Source of the DNA: Guillardia theta CCMP2712
Taxonomy: Eukaryota; Protista; Cryptophyta
Assembly: GCF_000315625.1 (NCBI RefSeq)
Contig: NW_005434673.1
Location: 210,270-274,269, forward strand
Length of the DNA: 64,000 nucleotides
Direction of reading: 5' to 3'
Under the pieces are notes generated by a model, which saw only the letters and a program-made list of their open reading frames with translations, was not told where the DNA came from and made no database searches. This document shows positions 1-11,200 of the stretch, piece by piece. Both the position numbers and the translations under genes were made by a program. Position 1 is the first letter of the stretch. Every line of letters begins with the position of its first letter.

Positions 1-800
1 CTAGCTCGAGCGCTAGCTCGAGCTCGAGCTCGAGCTCTAGCTCTAGCTCTAGCTCTAGCTCGAGCTCTAGCTCTAGCTCTAGATCGAGCTCTAGATCTAG
101 CTCTAGCTCTAGATCGAGCGCTAGCTCGAGCTCGAGCTCTAGCTCTAGCTCTAGCTCTAGCTCTAGCTCTAGCTCTAGCTCTAGCTCTAGCTCTAGCTCT
201 AGATCTAGCTCTAGCTCTAGCGCTAGCGCTAGCTCTAGCGCGAGCGCTAGATCTAGCTCGAGCGCTAGAGCTAGAGCTAGCTCTAGAGCGAGCTCTAGCG
301 CTAGATCTAGAGCTAGCGCTAGCGCTAGAGCTAGAGCTAGAGCTAGAGCTAGCGCTAGAGCTAGAGCTAGAGCTAGATCTAGAGCTAGAGCTAGAGCTAG
401 AGCTAGAGCTAGAGCTAGAGCTAGAGCTAGAGCTAGAGCTAGAGCTAGAGCTAGAGCTAGAGCTAGAGCTAGATCTAGAGCTAGAGCTAGAGCTAGAGCT
501 AGAGCTAGAGCTAGAGCTAGAGCTAGAGCTAGAGCTAGAGCTAGAGCTAGAGCTAGAGCTAGAGCTAGAGCTAGAGCTAGAGCTAGAGCTAGAGCTAGAG
601 CTAGAGCTAGAGCTAGAGCTAGAGCTAGAGCTAGAGCTAGAGCTAGAGCTAGAGCTAGAGCTAGAGCTAGAGCTAGAGCTAGAGCTAGAGCTAGAGCTAG
701 AGCTAGAGCTAGAGCTAGAGCTAGAGCTAGAGCTAGAGTTAGAGCTAGAGCTAGAGTCTAGAGCTAGAGCTAGAGCTAGAGCTAGATCTAGAGTCTAGCG
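1..800. repeat. Hexamer satellite, (CTAGCT)n switching to its reverse complement (CTAGAG)n
   Basis: Direct reading: ~1-240 mostly CTAGCT units, ~330-790 nearly pure CTAGAG, mixed CTAGCG/CTAGAT units between. Confidence 0.97.
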
Positions 801-832
801 CTAGGGCTATGATGCGAGAGGTAGGGGTAGAA

Positions 833-920
833 GGAGGAGGAGGAGGAGGAGGAGGAGGAGGAGGAGGAGGAGGAGGAGGAGGAGGAGGAGGAGGAGGAGG
901 AGGAGGTGGTGGTGGTGGTG
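833..920. repeat. (GGA)n then (GGT)n microsatellite
   Basis: Direct reading. Confidence 0.95.
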
Positions 921-1016
921 TTTGAAAAGTGGATAATTCACAAGAGGGCTGTGCAAAGGGGAGAGGAGGAAGAAGCATAGATAAGAAGACATTGACAAAC
1001 TTTCCTTGACAGGTCT

Positions 1017-1332
1017 TAACGCGAGTTGACTTGATCGATTTCATCGTTTTCTCCATCACCTTTTGTATCCTTGTCAAACAACAATAAAGACCATCAGCAC
1101 ATAATCGTCATCGTCATCGTCATCATCTCGATCATCATCGTTATAACAATCATGATTTCATTATTACATTTGCGTGCTCGACCACCCTTTTTGTAGCATT
1201 CATCATTTCTTGCAGCTGGTTGACGTAATGTAGGTGAGTGAGTCCATGTGAGAGAAAGAAGTTGAACCTCAAGCTCTCGCTCGTTCAGATCCATCTGCAA
1301 CTGGATCTTGGTTTTCTCACACCTGAAAATCA

Positions 1333-1364
<32 letters not shown>

Positions 1365-1416
1365 GTCATCATCATCATGATCCTCCTCCTCCTCCTCCTC
1401 CTCCTCCTCCTCCTCC

Positions 1417-1451
<35 letters not shown>

Positions 1452-3417
1452 GTTCCCCTCACGATTGACTAGCACATAGACATGATGATCTCTGTACATC
1501 TCTCACTATTGAGGTTCAACCATCATGAGCAACGTCAACATATTTGACCTTTCTAGATGATGCCTCATATCTTTGATCGTGGCGCTTTTGTTTCTTGCCA
1601 CATCAAGGTGATTCGGTAGCGGAGATTTCAAGATCGTCGATCCCCTAAAATCATCATCATCACAGATCTTCAAATTTTGGAGGATCTGTAACCGTGGCCG
1701 AAACGCAAACTTGAATCCAAACACGCTTGAGAACTGCGAGCTGGGATTAAGGCAGGAGAGACGATGCGAAGAAGACGTTTTGTCACCAGAAGGCTGACAG
1801 AGACCCCAAAACAAAATGCTGAGGAAACGTAAGAACTGATCAATGAGAAAAACAAGAAAATGTACCAAGACAGAGGAGAAGTGTTTGGACTGATCGAGAT
1901 TGCTGTGGACAATGAATATCATCAGCCTCTTCGAATCACTTTTAATCGGCAGTGATGATGGTGCCGACGAGGGTGGTGATGGTGGAGATAGAGAAGAAAC
2001 TCACCGATTTTTGACCGTTTTCTTCAGTGAACTGCCTCTTCTCCGCTTCATGCTTCTGAGGAACAAACCAGTGAACAATCTCAAACATGTTCTCAGCTTG
2101 CAATAATTTCTCTCACCTCGATGACATGCGATGCTTCAATGCCCGAAATTTGTGCTTGCAATATGACCACCTGTCCATGGAGTCAAACGTGCAGGAGATA
2201 TTGATTCAAACCTTGTCTTCTCTTGCCCTCAACTCAGTTTCTAACTTCTCAACCCTGACTGCACCCACCAACAAAGTCAACCCAGCAACCACAAGCAAAC
2301 AACGACCCGTTACCTTCCAAGTTCTCATTGATTTCCTGCAACAGCACGTTCTCCTTCCGACAGTTTTCAAAGTCCTGCTTGGATCCTCTCAGCTCCCGCA
2401 TCCCCTGCTGCTCACCAGCACCTCAAAGATCTTGTCGCTGAGCGTGTTGATCTCTGCGGACATGCAAGGAGTTGTCTTCATGCTGATTGCCGGGGGAGGT
2501 GTCGCCTCCTGCGGTCCAGGGACAAGCGCTAGGAATCAAGTCAAGAGAGGAAGGAGGAGGAAAGAGACTGTCGCACCGATGTCATGCTCCACAGAGCTCT
2601 CGACGAACAACTCTCTCCCCCTCCCTCTTTTCTGCTGCTGCTGCTGCTGCTGCTTCTGCTGCACCATATTAGCACGTGCTGAGTAACTCCATCAACAGCT
2701 TCACATATGTATTCGCCGGTGAGTGGCCTGCCATGCCCTCTCGGTCTTCCTGCCTCTCCTCCTGGCCAGCCTCGCTCTCATACAGCAACCTCGTCTCCTC
2801 CAACGAGATTGTCGACTCCTGCCGCGTCGTCATTGACCCATTGCTCCAGGAGAGCACCTGTGGGACTCACTGAGTTCTGCGACAGGTCCCTCGAGCACTC
2901 CCTCGATGTCTGCTGGCTCCTGAGACCCCCTGCGTCATCGTGCATCACGATCATGCCGAGATCTTACCTGCTGATCTCAATCTCGGCCATCAGCGCTGCG
3001 GCAGACGCTGCTACCAGTCGCTTCTGCACCTGTGATCAGCCCCAACGACGATCGACACGCCATCACCTTGTCGCTGACTCTCTTCTTCTTGTTGCCCGGC
3101 CCGGCCAGAACCTTGCAAGGTGATCAGAAGTGAGGACGAGAAGAGAACAAGGTACCGGATCGGACATCCTGACGACGAGTGCAACCTGAAAGAAGTAGAA
3201 GGTTAGGCCCCGGAAACAATCCCCCGAAAGAATCTCAAGTTAATTCTCCTCCTCTCCTCCTCTCCTCCTCTCCCTCCTCTCCCTCCTCCTCTCCTCCTCT
3301 CCTCCTCTCCTCCTCTCCCTCCTCTCCCTCCTCCTCTCCTCCTCTCCTCCTCTCCTCCTCTCCTCCTCTCCTCCTCTCCATCTTCTCCTCCCCCATCGAG
3401 TTGTGCCAACATGAAAT
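1017..3417 (-). CDS. Multi-exon hypothetical coiled-coil protein (boundaries approximate)
   Basis: Splicing short GT-AG introns gives heptad-like exons (SAEINTLSDKIFE / DFENCRKENVLLQEINENLE; CEKTKIQLQMDLNERELE). No recognisable domain. Confidence 0.5.
1329..1450. repeat. Compound (CGT)n(CAT)n(CCT)n(CAT)n microsatellite, probably intronic
   Basis: Direct reading; lies just upstream of an AG acceptor of the minus-strand gene. Confidence 0.9.
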
Positions 3418-3499
3418 GCACCCTTCGACTTCTCTAGCTAGCTAGTTGTTTTGATCATTGTAACCGCCCGAAAAAAAAAGTCATCGGCCTCGGAAACTG

Positions 3500-3740
3500 A
3501 TGAAGTCTGGTGGTGCGGCGGTCACCGGGCAGTGCCGGGCCGCCGCCGCCGGCCCGGAGCAACCGTTGATCAGGTGACGGTACTGGCCTGAGGGGCGCGC
3601 CTGCCAGCCTCGCCCGACCGTGACTAAGTCTTGGCCGATTTTTGGATCATCCGATGATCACCGGATTGATCGGCCCATGATCGGACTCGGGATGGGGGCC
3701 GGAGAACCTCGTCGCTGACAAGCCCCTCATGGTCCGGTAG
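3500..3740. promoter_or_regulatory. GC-rich CCGG/GGCC island between divergent genes
   Basis: High CCGG/GGCC density, CCGATGATC (3651) and GGACTCGG (3683) motifs; head-to-head position. Confidence 0.4.
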
Positions 3741-4098
3741 AGTCGCTTCATCGTGCATGAAGTGTATCATGACTACTGATAGTCGCAGACAGGCGCACTG
3801 CCACGGCATGACAACGTCGCAAAAAAAGGGTCTTAATACGCATTTACTCGTTATCGGAGTTGAAGCTTCATCCGGCGTGACAGTGTTGGGAGCACAAGAG
3901 CAACTCCGAGTCAGTTGTCCCCGCTCACAGTCGCGTTTTCATCACCGGGCAAGATACCTTTGCCTGGAAATGACATCGTTTGGTAAATCTTTATCCCCAC
4001 GAAACGTTGCCTATTGAGGAAGGTGCTACCAGATACCAAACAAGCCTCCCCTTCTAAAGGCCTCCTTGACCCTGACGCTGACCACCCTTCCCTGACCG

Positions 4099-4632
4099 AT
4101 GCTCGCCCATCCCTCTATCGATGCCGCTGTTGCTGCGCTCTATCCCCTTGACGTCCATCCCATCTACATCTCTGGTCAGAAAGACTTTTTCTCTCGCATC
4201 GCCTCCTCTCCTTGCTCTTCCGAGTCCTCCCAGCCATCGTCCCCCTTGCCTGCCTGGCAGCCCTCCTCTCCTCCCGGACCTCCTCCCTCGTCCTCTTCCA
4301 CCATCGACGACGACGACGACGAAACAGCAAGTACCTTAAACTCGTCCGTGGATGGAGACTCCTCCTCCTCTATCTCACCCTCTCGGCGAAGATTGTGGGC
4401 CCCCGATGAGGAAGCCCGCTTCCTCCAGGCGCTTCACCAGCACGTCTCCCTCAAGCACAGGACCGGGCTGCTTGACATGGCGACGGGCAAGCTGCGGGTC
4501 GGGCTGGGACGAGGCGTAGCGAGGAAGATCGCACAGGCAGTGGGGACGAGAAGCGAGGCGCAGGTGCGGTCGCATGCCCAGAAAGTGTTCCAGCATGCCA
4601 GCAAGGCCGGCAAATCGCCATGGGAGATGTAG
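4099..4632 (+). CDS. SHAQKYF-class single-repeat MYB transcription factor (intronless)
   Basis: WAPDEEARFLQAL...IAQAVGTRSEAQVRSHAQKVF matches the MYB-related SHAQKYF signature. Confidence 0.9.
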   Translation: MLAHPSIDAAVAALYPLDVHPIYISGQKDFFSRIASSPCSSESSQPSSPLPAWQPSSPPGPPPSSSSTIDDDDDETASTLNSSVDGDSSSSISPSRRRLWAPDEEARFLQALHQHVSLKHRTGLLDMATGKLRVGLGRGVARKIAQAVGTRSEAQVRSHAQKVFQHASKAGKSPWEM

Positions 4633-5355
4633 AGCATGGGAGGTGAAGAGAAGAAGGAGGAGATGGGGGGGAGGATGATTGTATGTACTGATAAAGCAAA
4701 GCATCTTTATTCCTGTCCATGTTGCCACCCAAGAGCCCCAGCGCCTCCCAATCCAACTTGATTCCCTTCATCTCTCCTTTCCCTCCAGTCGACCCTGCGT
4801 GCTTGCATGCTTGTCTGTCTGCGGAGATGGCAGCCTTCTGCTTCATGAAGTTTGACCGATGCATGCACACAAGTAATGCATCTCCTGCTAGCTGCTGCCT
4901 GCCCCGTCCAAGTGTTGATCAGATGAGCTCCTGGCAGCGAGGCAGCTTTGTCATCGGCTCGAGTACGCTGACTTCATCATGAATGAGACTTTCTTCATGC
5001 ACTCCAGGCTCAGGTCTCCGCACTCTTCTTGTATGCTCTCGCTATCATGACCTTGACTTGAACTGCAGGTCATCGTGTGTCTTCCGAACCATCACGACAA
5101 GATGTTGCGAATCACCTAGCGGCTCTGCTTGCTCGTGGTTCACGTGCTCTTTCTGGAACGCTTGCATGTACATCATGCTCTCTTAAAGTCATTTGACTCG
5201 CTCCAAGAAGAAATTTGCGCAGAGAAAGAGAGCAGGGTAGAGAGAGCAGGGAGAAGTTTTGAGCCCACAGCAGCAGATATCGAAGTTTACAAACACTCCC
5301 TAGTGCTGAAGTCGGAGTGGGATGCTGATGGAGCTCGACACAGATCTCAGTCAGG

Positions 5356-7056
5356 TCAGATAACTTTGTCCAGTGTGCCCAGGTGCAGCAAAACCACCCA
5401 GACGACGCCTGAGGACGGCAAGTTAGTGACCAGTCATGATGCAATCCAGTCCAGCGGGCCTCACCCACAACCACAGAAGATGCGGAGGACACGAAGATGA
5501 GGTAGAATTGCACCTGAGACAGAAGTTACTCCTGTCATCGACCCCTCAACATTCTACCCTGCTGGTGGATCCTAATCTCGAAGTCAGCTCCCCCCAGAAG
5601 GCCGCGAACACACCCATTGTCTGCTATGGCGTCAGCAACGAACACTCGGGCAGGTAGGAGAGACCAGGATGCTGGTGAAGCAGAACGAGCCAAGGTAGCA
5701 CGTGGACTTCACCGCATCGTGCATCGACACCTGCACGACTGTCCATCAGCCATGGAGTCTGAGGTGCAGGTGCAGGAGGGTCACCGCTGGAAGGACGCCG
5801 AGGATGCCTCCAGGTCCAGCTATGCCGTGAAGGATTCCAACGCCGAGCTGTGAGATCAAATCGTCATAGAGGCCAAGATCATGTGCAGCGATGATTTCTA
5901 CCGATAGAATCTTTTGGCCCGTGGCGTTGCTTATCAACAGAATCTTGCGGCAGACGCCACAGGAAAGGCTCAAGCCGCAGCATCTGATGGCGGATTCAAC
6001 CCTTGAAGCTCCGACCGATGACAAAGATACCTCGTCGAATTTGCTGAGCTTGTGGTGTTCCCATTGACGATCACTTCGAACGCGTAATCCTTCGACTCTA
6101 CGTATCTGTCAAGTGAACGACTTCACTTGAAAGGACAAGTACCATTTTTCTGAAAATCAGCCAGGAGACTCTGACACAAACAATCTCAGGGGTGGAAGAC
6201 ATACAAATCAAACGATAAGATACAGCACCTCTGATTCTGCATCCACGTCCATGCCTGATTCAATGTCTGCATCGCCGCCTTCCGACACAAGCTCGAGCTC
6301 CTTTGAGTTCCCGTCAAGGGCAGAGTTTTCATTCTGACTGACTTGCACGGTCTCACTTCTGAACAGGCTCCTGGTCAAAAACTGTCGGCAAGGCCCTAAT
6401 CATGTGTACCTGTAAGCTCGGAAAATCCCAACTGCCCCCAGCACAATCATAAAGACACCCACGAACTGACAACGAAAGCATCAAATCTCATGCTAGAAGT
6501 CTTTACAAGTCTCACCAAATCAGCGACGTAGTTCAACGCGCTCCCTTCTCCTATGATTCCCTTCCCCATGTAGATGAACACAACGAACATTATCAACAGC
6601 CCAATGCTGCAGGTACCAGTCACACACCCCACCCTGCCGTCCCGCTCCCACCACAAGTTCCTACCTGTGCCCCACCCCCCATCGCATCCCCAGCCAGAAT
6701 GCCTTGTAGCTTCCTCCCACTGACAGCGTCACAATGGCGCTGATGTGATCAGGCCCAGTGAGCACGTGGATCAGGCCAAGGGTCCCTCCCAGCAAGCACA
6801 ATGAGACCGGGCCCATCCTAGCGGTAGGAGACTTCCTCGGAAGCTGGCTCCCCATATCCTTTGCTGGTCTGTCATCCAGCCGGATGTCGGAACCATCGTC
6901 CGTGACGAACGAGCGGACGCCATACTGCTTCACAGTCCTGGATGTCCTATGGCTCGTATCTTGTGGGTCCTCCCCGTTCAAGGGATTCACCAGCACTGCA
7001 AGCAGCAGCAGCAGCCTCAGCAAGGATCTCAAGCTTCCGGCTGAAGCTGAGAGCAT
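5356..7056 (-). CDS. Nickel/cobalt permease (NiCoT/UreH-type) with N-terminal signal peptide, multi-exon
   Basis: GLIHVLTGPDH (HX5DH-type metal motif), GMRWGVGH, GVGILHGIAG. Spliced C-terminal TM exons end ...LGTLDKVI* at 5356. Confidence 0.85.
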
Positions 7057-7321
7057 GGTATTCCTCAGCCAATCGCCCTAGTCTCAACTCGGTAGCATTC
7101 TGAACAACTCAGGTGGACTTAAAAGTGGAGAACTGTTGGAGCCAGGGAATTGTCTGTCCTCTTTCTCTCCGACTCGTCCTCCTTCCAACGTGGTGCTCTC
7201 CTCTCTCCCCAGAGCTATATCTCCTCTCCTCTCTGTCCTTCCTCCTCCTCTTCACGCCATTTCGTCGTTCCGTGCCATCCCTGCGTCATCGCCATCAACC
7301 TTTATCCTCAACCCTAGAACC

Positions 7322-7358
7322 CTTTACTCAAAGTTAAGTTAAAATCAGTACGAGGACA
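7322..7358. repeat. Dispersed conserved motif, copy 1 (CTTTACTCAAAGTTAAGTTAAAATCAGTACGAGGACA)
   Basis: Identical to 62718-62755 apart from one extra A in copy 2. Confidence 0.92.
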
Positions 7359-7784
7359 ATCAGGAGAGTCGAGGAGGCTTGACCCTGACACTGTCGCCCA
7401 AACGGCGAGAAGAGAAAAGACAGCGAGAACCAAACCTAATCCTGCCGACTGCTGTCCCCCAAGCTTAACTGATACCTTCACTTAACGGCGCGCAGGACAA
7501 GTCCCCCGCGCGGCAGCGATGTCGCGGTGGCCGCCGCCGAAGGAATGAGACGCTCCACCTGTTCCCATACCCCCTCTATACTACCCCTCACATTACCATA
7601 TCACCCCCACTTGAACTTCATATACCCCTATTTTACACCATAAATATGTCGGTATTCTCATCAGTGTACCCACCCACCATACAGGGTTGATCCACCCCTA
7701 CCCTTCACTCACCCCTCTCATCTTATAGACTAAATTATTTACTCACACTAGTGCAAAGTCGAGGGCAGCGATAAAAGGTTCTAG

Positions 7785-8083
7785 GGGAGCAGGGAGCAGG
7801 GAGCAGGGAGCAGGGAGCAGGGAGCAGGGAGCAGGGAGCAGGGAGCAGGGAGCAGGGAGCAGGGAGCGAGGGAGCGAGGGAGCGAGGGAGCGAGGGAGCG
7901 AGGGAGCGAGGGAGCAGGGAGCAGGGAGCAGGGAGCAGGGAGCAGGGAGCAGGGAGCAGGGAGCAGGGAGCAGGGAGCAGGGAGCAGGGAGCAGGGAGCA
8001 GGGAGCAGGGAGCAGGGAGCAGGGAGCAGGGAGCAGGGAGCAGGGAGCAGGGAGCAGGGAGCAGGGAGCAGGGAGCAGGGAGC
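7785..8083. repeat. (GGGAGCA)n heptamer minisatellite with an internal (GGGAGCGA)n block
   Basis: Direct reading. Confidence 0.97.
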
Positions 8084-8229
8084 ATTGATAGAAAAGGAAG
8101 AGGGGAAGGAAGAGTGGCGGAAGCAGGGAGCAGGGAACGAGAGCGATGAAACGAAGGGAGGACAGGAACTGACAGGTGTCAGAAACCATGGCCTACGAAA
8201 CATCGCCGACCCGAACATGACTTGCGGAC

Positions 8230-11200
8230 ATGTCGCATCTGCTCCTCCTCCTGCTTGCCATCATGTCGATCCTTCCAGTCATGCTCACCCCCGTAGATTC
8301 CCGAGAAGCATTTGTTGGGCACGCCAGCTTCTTCCGCCGCCGCCATGAGGCCCGAGGGTGCCTGCGCGAGCGTGCTCGGCTCCGCTGCCTCCGTCGGGAC
8401 CACCGCAGGCTGGTCTGCATGCAGCGAACGGACGCAGGACAGAGTTCTCCATCCTCCGCGTCGGGAGATGGAACTGCGAGCGACGAGGAGTCTTGCGAGG
8501 TCGATGGGCAGGAAGCTGCTGGGCCGGACGCAGCCTGGTGGGAAAAGATGGAGGAAGACAACGAAATGCTAGACGGCAACCTTGAAGCGTGAGAATGGCT
8601 GAAGTTGTTTGTTGGTACTCCGTGTAAGACCGTTCCTTTCTTCAGGTCATCAGTCAAACTGCTCAAGGACGTCTCCGAGGATTTTCTCTCCAAGGTGACC
8701 AGAGCTGTGCTACCCCTGTTACAGGCCTCATGCTGGTCTACAGCTCCCCATCAGCAGGCTGCTCACGACGCTTATCAAGCCTGAGGATCCTGTGGTGGTG
8801 CCGGCCGTTGGTAACGTCTCGTCGGAGTACAGCGAGGAGGAGGATGGGACGGCGCGGGTAGAGGAAGACTCGCCCGCAAGGAAAGGAGATTACAGTGAAA
8901 GTCTTGACCCCGGGACTGGAACTTTCAGCGCGCTGGGAAGTGAAATCCTTGTCAGCACGTTGACGAGCTCTGTGTCCAAGGTGATTTCAGGCTTGAGTCT
9001 GGTAAGGAGGAGGAGGAGGAGGAGGAGGAGGAGGAGGAGGAGGAGGAGGAGGAGGAGGAGGGAAGGGGCGGGTCTAGGAAGGGAGGAGGAGGAGGAGGAG
9101 GAGGTTGGAGATGTTTCAGTGATTGTTGGCTGATAGAAGCCAGAACGGCAGAGCATCCCGAAAATACTTCTCTACTGTTCGAACATCACCGATCTGCTGG
9201 AAGAACTGGAGACGATCTGCACTGTTGAGGAGGGAGGAGCGGGAAAGAGAGAGGGAGCAGCATGGATGAAATTTCAGGAAGTTCTGAAGCCAGAGGATGC
9301 TGTGCTGGCTCTGAATCACATCAAACGGCTGGAAGGACAAGTTGGGATCGACTCGATCGCATTGAATGAGAGGAAAAATCGAATGTTTGATCACCTTGCT
9401 GCACAGGTGAATGCAATGTTCCCTCCTCCTCTCTCCTCCTCCTCCTCCTCCTCCTCCTCCTCTTCCTCCTCCTCCTCCTCCTCCTCCTCCTCCTCCTCCT
9501 CCAACATTACCTCCTCTATTCCCCATTCTCAATCCTTCTCCTCGCCGCTCCTCCTCCTTTGCTCCTTTCACTCCTCCTCCTCCTCTGGCCCCTTTCTTTG
9601 TGTGACTCCTTGCTTGATAGATCTGCAAGGAGATGAGCGCGCTCGGCCCCAAACATGTGGCGCTAGCAGCGACCGCAGTGGCGACGAGGAGGAGGAGGGA
9701 GGAGGTGGAGAAGAGCGAATGCGAGTGGAAGGAGCTGATGAGCATGTTGTCAGATGATGCGTGCAGTGACCCGGCGTCTCCTTGAGATGCAAGCAGATCC
9801 TGTCAGGGAGTTTGTCTTCACAGAGCAAACCATCGCCATGCTCTTCAACGCGTTCGCCAAGGAGAGGAGGAGCGAGGAGCAGGCGTTGTCGATGCTGTCC
9901 TCCCTTGTCCTGAACCTATCGGGGGGCATGAAGAGCTTGCAGAACGTCGCGATCATTCTGAACTCGATGGCAAGGTTGCGATGGATGGCAAGTAGTGTTT
10001 TCTTGTCTTGTCTTGTCTTGTCTTGTCTTGTCTTGTCTTGTCTTGTCCTACCTCTTGAGTTTGTGTTGACTTTGACGGCCAGCGGAAAGACGTCATCCAA
10101 CATCTCATTGAGAATTCTCAACGTTGCGATCCGACGACTTTCACGTCTCAGGTGTGAAGTGACCAAAGAAATTTCCGTTTGCTGTTCAAAGAATGTGCCA
10201 GCTGGCACATCATCTTTGTCCTGTCTTCCATTCTTCGATTGAACTCCCTCTCTCCCCTCCCTCTCTCCTCCTTCTCCTCCTCTCTCCTCTCTCCTCCTCC
10301 TCCTCTCTCCTCCTCCTCCTTGTCCTCCTTGTCCTCCTTGTCCTCCTTGTCCTCCTTGTCCGTCCTCCTCCTCGTCCTCCTCGTCCTCCTCGTCCTCCTC
10401 GTCCTCGTCCTCCTCGTCCTCCTCCTCGTCCTCCCCTCCTCTCTCAGTCCTCATAAGGTCTTTAGGCAGTTGCAAGCGTTCTGAATGCTGCTGTTCGTTT
10501 GGACGTGTCCAACGAGAATTTCTTTCGTTTCATGTCGTCGTACGTGAAGGTGAAGCTGTTTGTTCTTCTTTCTCTGAATGATCATGTTTCCGATGAAGAA
10601 AACGCCGACAACCTTCATCATTCCTCGCAATCTCTTTCGATCATTGCAAACTCATTCGTCAAGGCGTCGTTCAGCGATCATGAATTATACCAGGTGCTGA
10701 ATACATGACCATCATCATCATCATCGTCATCGTCATNNNNNNNNNNNNNNNNNNNNNNNNNNNNNNNNNNNNNNNNNNNNNNNNNNNNNNNNNNNNNNNN
10801 NNNNNNNNNNNNNNNNNNNNNNNNNNNNNNNNNNNNNNNNNNNNNNNNNNNNNNNNNNNNNNNNNNNNNNNNNNNNNNNNNNNNNNNNNNNNNNNNNNNN
10901 NNNNNNNNNNNNNNNNNNNNNNNNNNNNNNNNNNNNNNNNNNNNNNNNNNNNNNNNNNNNNNNNNNNNNNNNNNNNNNNNNNNNNNNNNNNNNNNNNNNN
11001 NNNNNNNNNNNNNNNNNNNNNNNNNNNNNNNNNNNNNNNNNNNNNNNNNNNNNNNNNNNNNNNNNNNNNNNNNNNNNNNNNNNNNNNNNNNNNNNNNNNN
11101 NNNNNNNNNNNNNNNNNNNNNNNNNNNNNNNNNNNNNNNNNNNNNNNNNNNNNNNNNNNNNNNNNNNNNNNNNNNNNNNNNNNNNNNNNNNNNNNNNNNN

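Noticed and set aside
1-800. Telomeric repeat
   Set aside because: Not a G-rich TTAGGG/TTTAGGG-type unit, and the orientation inverts internally.
3492-3504. GAAACTGATGA resembles hammerhead ribozyme core words
   Set aside because: GAAA and CTGATGA abut with no room for the intervening stems or cleavage triplet.
7322-7358. 37-bp element as a spliced-leader RNA gene
   Set aside because: No shared GT donor after the conserved block and no conserved intron or clear Sm site in both copies; cannot be supported from sequence alone.
7735-8218. ORFs of LLPAPCS repeats, and similar poly-P/E/L/R ORFs at 751, 1094, 21318, 26291 and 53142
   Set aside because: Translations of microsatellites with no coding signal.
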